Shown one piece after another: positions 53,001 to 61,700 of a stretch of 64,000 bases of DNA. Made by a program: the position numbers and the translations under genes. The stretch comes from Ascidiella aspersa (taxonomy: Eukaryota), in contig OZ004612.1 in the NCBI GenBank assembly GCA_963924565.1, forward strand, positions 9,114,001 through 9,178,000, written 5' to 3'. Each line of letters begins with the position of its first letter. Position 1 is the stretch's first letter. A model generated the notes under the pieces. That model did not search any database. It was not told the origin of the DNA and saw only the letters and a list, made by a program, of their open reading frames with translations.

Positions 53001-53557
53001 GTCCCACATATTGAATACAATTGCCGGTAGAGACCCATTCGGGTTACGGCAGTGTTGTTTACAAGTCATTTGAAATACCTTAAGTCCCAGTCAAGTAATT
53101 CGTAAAATAACTTAAGTTCAAGTCAAGTCTTTTCGAATTAATAACAAGCCAATTCTAAGTCCAATCTTTGTCATAAAAATAATTTATTATAAATTAGTAA
53201 AACTGGTAAACTCGTCCGATTATGAGCAATAATTCAAGTAAAAAAACATAAGCGCAACATAGCAAGCAAATTGTTTGTGTAAAAAATACCCAAACCAATT
53301 TTATAAAAAGGGATAAATAAAAAGATCTAATTTTAACCCCGTCATTTGTCCGAAAGAAAACAGTGACGTAGTGCAGTCAAGTACTTGACTTAAGTCATTG
53401 CAACATTGGGTCACGGTGTGAAATTTTACCAAGGTGTGATGTTTTAAATGTAATGCTTTATTTACAGGGAGTACTTTTCGCCCAATACCCCAACAACTCA
53501 CCCCTCAAGCAATCCAGTCCACCCCTGCAACAGCCCCAGCAACACAACTCTACGTGA
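28489..53557 (+). CDS. ARID3: AT-rich interactive domain protein 3 (dead ringer/Bright/ARID3A-like transcription factor), 12 coding exons, about 628 aa
   Basis: Exons joined by hand: 28489-29031, 29388-29510, 30853-31038, 41823-41895, 48419-48602, 50086-50199, 50555-50673, 51218-51360 (or 51354), 51804-51955, 52345-52424, 52808-52887, 53468-53557. Total 1887 nt, all introns GT-AG, phases consistent. Contains the ARID3 N-terminal motif MKLEAVMENLQRQ, the extended ARID domain WTYEEQFKQLYEID...RKEFLDELFSFMQKRGTPVNRIPIMAKQVLDLYQLYKLVVEKGGLVEVINKKIWREITKGLNLPSSITSAAFTLRTQYMKYLYPFECE...ELQAAIEGNRREGRRPSY, and the REKLES region (PPEKK; SIDMSVEVNGITYQGVLFAQ). The true start may lie in an upstream exon. 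Confidence 0.96.
29388..29510 (+). CDS. ARID3: ARID3 exon, Gln-rich
   Basis: tttcctgcag|GGC...GCG|gtgcgg, 123 nt, phase 0/0; encodes GFRELALFQQQQMAQRMAAEAHKRIQEQQQQQHQQNHQQQA. Missed by the ORF track. Confidence 0.85.
30476..30803 (+). mobile_element. Charlie-type hAT MITE ('GCGGCACCC' family)
   Basis: CAGTGATTCTTGAAC...GTTGAGAACCACTG termini; TSD CCCTAAAC/TTCTAAAC (6/8); subterminal GCGGCACCC at both ends. Confidence 0.85.
30853..31038 (+). CDS. ARID3: ARID3 exon ending in WTYEEQFKQ (start of extended ARID)
   Basis: cacag|CAG acceptor (NAGNAG), CAG|gtttgt donor, conserved WTYEEQFKQ. Confidence 0.95.
36635..36840. promoter_or_regulatory. Cluster of nuclear-receptor RGGTCA-type half-sites (candidate intronic enhancer)
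   Basis: TGACCT 36635, AGGTCA 36644, TGACCA 36652, TGACCT 36668, GGGTCA 36749, TGACCA 36774, GGGTCA 36835. Confidence 0.5.
37340..38900. promoter_or_regulatory. Largest CpG-rich non-coding module in ARID3 intron 3 (candidate cis-regulatory island)
   Basis: Dense CGCG/GCGC with embedded TAAT/ATTA and GATA words; no credible protein in any frame; sharp borders with AT-rich flanks. Confidence 0.5.
39232..39511 (+). mobile_element. Degenerate copy of the 'GCGGCACCC' Charlie-type MITE
   Basis: GCGGCACCC near the 5' end; 39392-39482 aligns by eye with 30689-30780; ends in GAACCACT after a G-tract. Confidence 0.72.
41823..41895 (+). CDS. ARID3: ARID3 exon, ARID domain (LYEIDADFGRKEFLDELFSFMQKR)
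   Basis: ttgcag|TTG...CGAG|gtaag, 73 nt, phase 0/1. Confidence 0.96.
48419..48602 (+). CDS. ARID3: ARID3 exon, ARID core
   Basis: caccag|GA...CA|gtaagt, 184 nt; GTPVNRIPIMAKQVLDL...AAFTLRTQ. Confidence 0.98.
50086..50199 (+). CDS. ARID3: ARID3 exon, C-terminal end of extended ARID
   Basis: tttcag|G...AG|gtaccc; YMKYLYPFECEREKLSCPSELQAAIEGNRREGRRPSY. Confidence 0.96.
50555..50673 (+). CDS. ARID3: ARID3 exon, linker
   Basis: tttcag|C...G|gtgaga, phase 2/1, open frame SHMFSYPPSSNGAAMLTPQKFAFPPHNGLGQLTSIAAKY. Confidence 0.85.
51218..51360 (+). CDS. ARID3: ARID3 exon leading into REKLES-alpha (AAMAALE)
   Basis: cacacag|GC acceptor; two in-frame donors, gtaagg at 51355 and gtaagt at 51361. Confidence 0.88.
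51804..51955 (+). CDS. ARID3: ARID3 exon with Ala/His/Gln repeat, LKKE and PPEKK
   Basis: acgtcacag|GCG...AG|gtgggc, phase 0/2. Confidence 0.9.
52345..52424 (+). CDS. ARID3: ARID3 exon, Ser/Arg-rich
   Basis: ccctttttgcag|C...G|gtgagt, phase 2/1; RRFSPEVQRRSSSSSRSSLKMSMSDR. Confidence 0.85.
52808..52887 (+). CDS. ARID3: ARID3 exon, REKLES-beta (SIDMSVEVNGITYQ)
   Basis: cgtcacag|GC...CAG|gtaatt, phase 1/0. Confidence 0.93.
53050..53408 (-). mobile_element. hAT-like MITE, 'GACTT-repeat' family, copy 3, in the last ARID3 intron
   Basis: CAGTGTTG...CAACATTG termini; TSD GGTTACGG/GGTCACGG (7/8); AAGTC arrays. Confidence 0.88.
53468..53557 (+). CDS. ARID3: ARID3 last coding exon (GVLFAQ...stop)
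   Basis: tttacag|GGA GTA CTT TTC GCC CAA...ACG TGA. Confidence 0.93.
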   Translation, partial: GVLFAQYPNNSPLKQSSPPLQQPQQHNST

Positions 53558-54155
53558 TCTGCCTGGCGCCACCTACCGCTCGCTAACCACCTCGGCGTCG
53601 ATCCGCTAAAGGGCGCTACCGAGCTGCAGCGCTCCGAGTTGGAGCTCTGCCGCCGCGCGCCTTATCGCCACCGTGTGGGCACTTTTGACTTTTTCGCGCG
53701 TGAACCAGTGTACACATATCTATTGTTCTCGTTGTTATTATTTTACCCCACTTTCTCGAGCGTTTGCCGTGTTTGATTTCTATTTTCGGTGCTTTTAATG
53801 TCTCGTTTATGTCGTTTTTTTTTTTTGGACGACGACAGCGTTGACAACGCGAGTGACGTCAAGTTTGCGTTCTCGAATGTTACGTAACGACCTATCAGTG
53901 TTGGTGCACGGGTGTTTTAAAACATCATGTGCGCGATGCTTAGTCTTTAACTGCAGCGATTTACCAATAAACTACTTTAAATAAAACACCTTACGAAAAA
54001 TAGCACATTTTAACTGGTTAGTTTTGTTTTTTAGGCATTTGTAGCTAAATTAGTCTTACTAAATACAACACCTGCCGAATAATTGCCACTATTATTATTC
54101 GGTGACGTCATGATGATGCGTATGACGTCATCGGCCGTTTTCCCACGGCACGGAA

Positions 54156-54162
54156 CTACCTC
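54156..54162 (+). promoter_or_regulatory. let-7 seed match (7mer-m8, CTACCTC) in the presumed ARID3 3'UTR
   Basis: ACTACCTC is complementary to let-7 nt 2-9 and lies about 600 nt after the stop; the extent of the UTR is inferred. Confidence 0.45.
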
Positions 54163-55126
54163 TGAGGCGCACAGAGCCGGTCCCGAATTCTGTCGCGCGC
54201 CAGTCTCAGTGTTTTCACACCGTCTGAAACAGCGACGCGTGCACTGCCAGCGAACAAGCGCACCGCCAGGTGTGAGGATACCGGTCGCGCCCTAAAGGTG
54301 TTTTTTTCTTCTTTTTTTGCTCACCTTTTCACCGTTTCCACATTTGTTTCAGTTTATGTTTGCGACTGTTTAGTCCCGAATTTATTTGACGTTCGCGCAG
54401 AGCCTATTATACGTGTTCGTTTTCAACATAAATCGTTTTAACCGTTTGTGAAATTGACCAAATGTTTGCGCTCAACTCGGTTCGGCGACCGTCGACCGGT
54501 GTATAGCGCATTGATAATTTACTCTGTTGCATTTTTTTACTTTTGTGTTTTTTTTTTCTTCTTGGGCCAGCGCCTCACAAACCTGCCAACCATAACTGGG
54601 CGTCTCCTCGTCGTGTGCATTGCCATCTCTTGTACAAATCATTATTTTACCGAGTTTTATCACTTTACTGCGTCGCGATTAAAAATGACTGCCTCATGCA
54701 ATGTTTGCTTGTTTTCATTTTACTTCAATAGGAACAACTTACGCAGCTAAGCGCATGTTGTTAATTGGCGAAGATTGCGATGAAGTATCAAAGTTGTTTC
54801 GTTTGAGGTGAGGTTTAGTAGCATAAAATATTTTTGGAAATTAAAAAGTCAGAAAATTATTACAAGCAAGTACAATTCTACAAATGACTCGTACAAATCC
54901 AAAAAGCGTCCAGTAATTAGCGCATTACAAAATGTTAAAAGATAAAAACTTAAGATAAATAAGAATAAGACAAAAGCAAATTAAGCAAAAAATAAATTAA
55001 AATTTGTAAACAGATATAGAAGCTCAAAATGCGAAACATACTACTAGAAAAATGTCAAGCAAAATCTAAACACCATTTACACAAGGTTAAAGTATACCTT
55101 TATGGTAACATGACAGAGTCGTGACT

Positions 55127-55230
55127 GGGGGGTGTTCGATAATATCGGATCGGAGCCGATGCCCGATGTCAAGTGGTAGCATATCTATACCCTTCCGATA
55201 CTCCGTTTATATCGATGCCTGTCCGGTACA
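55127..55230 (+). mobile_element. Terminal fragment of the same CGATAC-repeat family
   Basis: TGTTCGATAATATCGGATCGGAGCCGATGCCCGATGTCAAGTGGT is a close reverse complement of 5442-5487. Confidence 0.72.
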
Positions 55231-55592
55231 AAAATATTATTGGAATTTCAGCGATGATTTGGGATCCAACGCTGCGGATTTTACTTAGAAAGCTAAATTA
55301 ATTAAAAAAAGTGCACAACTGGGTATAATTAACCTTATTTACGCTAAGGCAATTTTAGCGCTTAACCTCCTTATTACTTATATATGTTTTATATAAAATT
55401 ACAAGTTAAGATAATGAAAGACTATCTGCTTTCTAAACGCGATGTAACGCGCCACCCAGCGGTAACGTCGCTTTACTGTTATCGTGAATTTATAAGGTCG
55501 GTATTGAAAAAATAAGCTTAATGGTGTTTAAAAGCAGATTTGTGCTGCATTCCAACAGTAGTTTCACGCTGCGCAAACTTTTGCATTTAGGT

Positions 55593-55798
55593 TTAAAAAT
55601 TGGTGGACTGGGTTCTGCTGTTGTATTTGATCGCCGGAATCGAAGGTTTTGGGCGATTTCTGGCTGGAGGCAAAACTAGCTTTCTCCGTATGGTGGCGTT
55701 CTGGAAGCAGTAGAAGAAGAACACGGCCACGCCCTGCAGCCCGTTGACTGACGTGTGGACGTACGTCAGAACCTCTGACGTCATCTCGTCGCCGAGAC
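55593..55798 (-). CDS. Adhesion GPCR last exon: TM7 and short C-tail
   Basis: acgtcacag|GT CTC acceptor; NGLQGVAVFFFYCFQN; TAA stop. Confidence 0.92.
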
Positions 55799-58700
55799 CT
55801 GTGACGTATAACGGAAGCAAGGTCGACGTAACAGAAGAAGTACCAATAGGATTTCGTTTATGCCTAATGGGTGTTGTTGGTTTTTCGATTAAATGTAATG
55901 TAGCTTTATTCAGAAGAACGCGAACGACATTGGTGTGTCCGTAAATTTTATATAAAAAATAGTCAGACAGATGTTCTGACATTAAACCGTTTGCGGTAAT
56001 TTCTATTTTCGAAAAATAATGTCAACTTTGGTATTAATTGACAGTGCATTAAAATGAGCCTGATGTAGGTGTAGCCTATATATGCGTTTATAATTACGAT
56101 CAGTAACATCGCACTTCTCTAGCCAACGACAACTGCTTTTCATCAGTAGAACACCGTATATCAGTGTTGAAATGACTCAAGTCGATGAATTGACGTAAGT
56201 GCACTTAAGTCACTGCTTTTAAATGATTTGACTTGAAATGTTTTCCATAAGCATTTTTTTATAAAATAGAGCTATTTATCCTAACTTTCGCACTTAATAG
56301 AATTTGTTTGCCATACGTTGCGTTTTTCTGTTTTTTGGTTCAGTTATTGCTCCTAATTGTACGAGTTTAACATTTCCAATGTTTTAATGTTTCATTGTTT
56401 ATGTCAAGGACGTTACTTGAAGTTGACTTCAAATTATACCTTGACTAGGACATGACTTATTATTTTTAAAAAGACTAGACTTTGACTTGTTAACTTAGAA
56501 ATAACTTAACATGAATTTAAGTCATTTTAAAATGACTTGTTTTACAGCGCTGTTAGATATAGAGTTCAGTTAAGACCGACCGAACTCAGAGTATCCACAC
56601 GTATTATTTTGAGCAAATATGAACGGTGTTTGACCTGCGAAAAATCCGAGCAGCCAAGTCGTTCCAAGAACTAGCAGCATTGTGAAGAAGCAGCCAGCAA
56701 CTGTTTTCGCGTCTTTCATAACCTCGCCCTTCCCCTGGCGCTGGCCACCGTTCCTGGCCTTAAATGGAATGGCGGCGCGGGCAGTGACCACCGAGGCGGC
56801 CAAGCTGCCCAGCACAACAATCCCAAGCGGTAGGGTAACCGAGAGAAGAGACACGATTGATCCAGGAGCCAGCCAGCAACGGTCGTACTTTCGCAGATCC
56901 AGTTGAAAGCGATTACAGGCACTGTACCCGACGCTTAGCGTCATGTAATCGCCAGTGTGAAGGCCGATGGTCAGCGCCGCTGTGACTATCGGGACTGGGG
57001 CGAGCCAGCCAAACAGCAGAAAGACAGCTAAACGTTTTGCCGGGTCCTGAGCGCGGAACCTGGCCGGCGCCGTGAAGGCCATTATCAGGCGCGCGCCGTC
57101 CATGAGGAACCAGAAACCTAGACATACGAGGTTAAGAGGTGGAACGCCTAAAGACCTGATAAATTTGATTATGGACTGAATGGCCAATTTTGATCATGGA
57201 CGTTAAATTGAATTTCAAGTAAAATGAAACTAATTTAAACCCCAATAGAGCGTCCTAAGGTGGGTCAGCAGGGACGTTTTTGTAACAAAATCTTTTTTAT
57301 AAAATAAACAACGAAAAATTCTGTTTTATTGGTGTCATATTTAATAAGCTTGGAAAGAAGACCAATTCGCTTAGCTGTGTAAGTTAGAAGCCAAAGGCGC
57401 CCGCAAAAAAAAATCCAGGGGGTGCACAATATTAATATTTTCAATTAATTTAACTTCAGTATTTATAATATTAATATGTACATACGATTTTATATCAATA
57501 GAAATTTATATACAAATCAATATTTTTCCATAACCTTCATAAGTAATACATATCAAACTCATAACCCATAAAATAATCGCATTTTAAAATTCCAAAGGGG
57601 GGCAAGTGTCTTTAGAATTTTATATAGAGCATTTTCGTTTTTCCAAATTAGATAAGGATTAGATCCTTTTTGTTTTCTCAAAGTAGATTAGAATAAGAAT
57701 CACCGAATTCTTCCAAACCAAAATTTAAACTAGAATTTCAACTATGAATAACATTCAACTAATCGATTTAATTTTCACACAATGTATTCGTATAGGAATG
57801 TGAATGGTAAATATGTGTGTGCTAATTTTCATATGTTTTAGCATGACCTATGCTGTTCAGCCTGTACGAATCACCTACAGGTCGTTTCGACCAAAGGATA
57901 TTAATTTAAACCGTTGGTGTCTAATGAATGTTAGAATTTACAGTCGGCGTAATTAGCAACCGGTGATAATTTTGTAGTGCTAATTAAGCACGTAACAGTG
58001 TCGAAGAAGCGACTAAAAATGCGCTGGACAAAGTAGCATATTTTTGGTAAAATACGAATTAGATTAAAATTAGAATTACCCGTGTTTTGCTTTAATTCAT
58101 TGAATTAGAAAACTAGAACTATCTCTTCAGTTTATAAAAATAAAATACGCAAGATCTCGTTTATATCAGTGCCATATTTAATAAGCTTGAAATTCAACTG
58201 AATTAGAAGCATAAAATTAGAAAACTAGAACTAGTTGTCCAAGTCTGTTCCCGCTCGCCTTACCGGTGGCCAAGAGAGTGTAGTGTGTGAAGGCCGACAA
58301 AGCGACGCAGACGATGTCGTGGTTCACTGCGGCGTCGTTGAGAAGGTTGGCGATGTGCAGAGCAAGGAGCGAGGAGGCGACGCAAATCTGGATCAGGGTC
58401 CGGTCGCTGTCGATCTCGCGTTTGTTTTGTATGAGGAGGATCAGCGTGAAGACCAGGAAGAGAGAGGACACCGACTCGCAAACGTAGGAGAGCATCTGCG
58501 ATTTGGACGAAAGGAGAAATGTGACAGTGACAAGAGCCGACCAGTTTTTTGTGAAGGCAGTTTATTCTAAGTCAGTTTTTCCACACGATGCGTTAGAAAT
58601 TGGGGCATTTCTAAGCAAAAAAAGTCTACGACAATTAGGGCATCCAAGGGCAGAAAAATCTGACTTTCAGCCCTTATGTCGTGGCAATGCACTAATTGGA

Positions 58701-61700
58701 ACTTCAGGTAAACTTCCGGCGTAGATAATTTGAATATATTCGCTAAAATTTCACAAAAGATATAAAAAAAAATGAGAGATAGAACTAATAACACCTGACC
58801 CACCTGAATCCAAACGCTAACCCGCATCCTAACCCAAATAATGTGCGTTAATTTAATATTATTGGACAGCTGGAAAAAAAAGCCTAAACTCGGGTGGGCA
58901 TAAGATAGTTTCTCGTCCATGGTATATAGAATCGTTACGTCACAAATTGAGGTATTGGGAGTTGGGACCTAAAGCGTTTATGTAATTATTAAATCAATGC
59001 ACATTATTTGGGTTAGGGTACTGGTTAGCGTTTGGGTTGGGGTGGGTCAAGTGTTATTAAACCTAATCCTCTTATGCACATTTGTTAGTCCAATTAGTGC
59101 ATTGTCCAAGTCCTCAAAGTCTAAAAGTTGGACTTTTTGATCCTTTAGATGAACTAATTGCCGTAGACCTGCACTAATTTCTGACGGATCGGGTGTTTTT
59201 TCTCAACCTTCAGCTCGCGACCCGGAATTGAGTTGCAAGAAACACTGTCCAAGTGAAAATTAGGAAATAATGATTTTGTATGTTTAACAAATATAGAATC
59301 TTAAAGAGAGGCATTAATGTTTTCACTTTACCCAAGAGCTAATTGCAGTTTAGGGATGCTCAAGACATTTTGAAGACAATGATAACGTATGTTATAAGTT
59401 TACGCCAGAAAAAAACGACATGTTTTTAGTTGAAAGCAAGTAGAAGAACAGTAGAACTGATCAAAGTCATACACAAGTATATAGCTGTTTCTAAGTGTCA
59501 ATGACTTGCCTTCACCTATAATTCCCTCTCTCCTGGCTGATTTTAGTGGGTGTAAAGTTTTATGACGTTCTACAGAGACGTCGGAGAGGGGGGCGCGGGG
59601 GGCAAGCGCCCCTCCTGCCCTTTGCTAAGGGGGGCAAGGGGGGGAAGTGCCCTTTTCATGGAAAATGTTATATTGCTTTCACAACGTTGAATATTATGAG
59701 ACGGAAATCATAAAGCAGTGTTGTACACGCATTTTTTTTTAAGAAACTTGGCTCAAGCCGAGTACTAAAAGTTTCTTTAAATTTTTTAACTTTTTTGGTT
59801 ACATTTTAAGCCAATCTAGAGTGTGTGGCGCAAAAATTTTTACGGGGGAGTACCCCCGGACTCCCCAATATTTCGGCTTGCTACGCTTGCTTGCGGTCTA
59901 TGTTGCCCTTACCAAAAAAATCGCCCCCCCCTTGCCCTCAAATCGCTCCGGCGTCCCTGACGTTCTATTGATAAAAAGATGTTAACTTTGGCCAGTGTGT
60001 CTTCCAAAGTGGTCAATTGCTATCATAAAACTAAGCATATGCACAAACGTACAGACGTAATATTTAAGTTCATACAGTCTATCAATTTTAACATACCTTA
60101 AGCGCAGGAGTAACGGTGACCATCTGAACAGCTAACAGGACGGAAAAGACGCTATGGTGATCGCATTCGCAGCGGACTCCACGCAGGCCGATCAACCCTG
60201 TGCGACAACCGGCTGCCGAGTAACTGCGCGTCTTCGGGTCAACGAATACACAGGATAGCTCGAGACTCTTCACAGTGGCCTTGGCCGCCAAATCGCTTTG
60301 CTTTTCCTGAGCGAGGCGACAGGCGCGCTCTAGGCTCTCGTGGTCGCTGGAAACGTTCTCGCTCGAAATATAAGCACGTCCGTTGAGTTCGGCTCCTGTC
60401 GTTGAGTCGTATCCAGTTAAACCCACGAAGAGCGTTTCGTTTAGTTCGACGAAGTAAGTCCTGGCTCCGTAGAGAACAGCGGCCGTGTACGCTGCTGAGG
60501 TGCTTGATGTTGCATTGTGGCTGATAGCTACCGCGAAGGAAATCGCAAGCGCGCCGTTCTTTGTGTCAAAGGAGGATTGTACCAGAGTGGTGTCCAAAGC
60601 GATCTCGTCAGTTTCGGCACGGCCGTCGACTGAACGAAGCGGAGTTATTGCGACCTGGACTTGGCCGATCTTGGTACGAAAGCTTGCCGTGTTATTGCCT
60701 TCTGCCGCTTTGCCGAGAACGCTTTCGAGTGAAAGCAAGCTTCCCAAATCGGCGCTTCCCTGGGCTAAACTTGCCCCGACTTCGGAAACGTTCTCCCAAG
60801 CGTTAATTCCGAGTTCTAAAAATACAATATCACGATGAGATTTGTGTAATTTCAAAAACTGTACATTTATTGTTTAAGCGATATATGTCAAACACATTTA
60901 TTTGGCCTAAACGCGATGTCCGTGAAACAAAGCAAGGTAAGTGTAGATTTACAGGTTATAGGAAATATAAGCCTTATTATTCGAACTTGACACAATATAA
61001 GAAAATTCTTAATCCTAAAATGAATAATTTTGATTCTCAAAACTTGTAACTTTTAGAGCAGACCATTATGCTGTGGCGCTAAAAACAATTTTTAAATATT
61101 TACTGTACAAACGGTGCCAAATTGACAAGGGTGTATTAGTAATAAACTAACAACAAAAAATACAAAATGCGCCAAGGCAGTTTAGATATAGGGTGTCGCT
61201 ATAACGTCACTGTTGCGCCATTTCTTATTCACTGCTTTGACGGCCTATCACTGACTGGATGCCGCACTCAAGTTAAAAAATAGTATTTACTATCCAGTAT
61301 GGCCGTGTGGCGCGAACGCCAACACTAAGCGCAAACTGTTGCACAGCGGCTAGCGCATACGCTAGCTCGCTTTCTAAAAAAACGAAAATAGTGCACCACA
61401 CCACGCTCAAAACGGACTACCGGGGTTCTCTGGTTTCAGCCACTGCTGAAACTAAGGATTTGCCCTTTAGCAACAAAACAAAGGCGTAAAACTATTAGTG
61501 GTAATAAGTGAAAAACGCAAAAGTAGAAAGGCAACAAAACAAACCAAATGAGGTGAAGTGAAAAGTTAAATAAAGCGAACGAAAATATATTTGGTATTAC
61601 ATCGCTACTGTAAATTGTTTCAGATAGCGTTTCTACGGCGCAGTATATAGGCGCCAAACTCTCACCTTCAATACTGACGTAGCAAAAGTCAGGCCCACTG

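Noticed and set aside
61200-61446. Additional GPCR micro-exons (61446-61421 and about 61236-61203)
   Set aside because: Phases or donors are weak, and 61666 can splice directly to 60815 in frame; not listed as CDS without cDNA.
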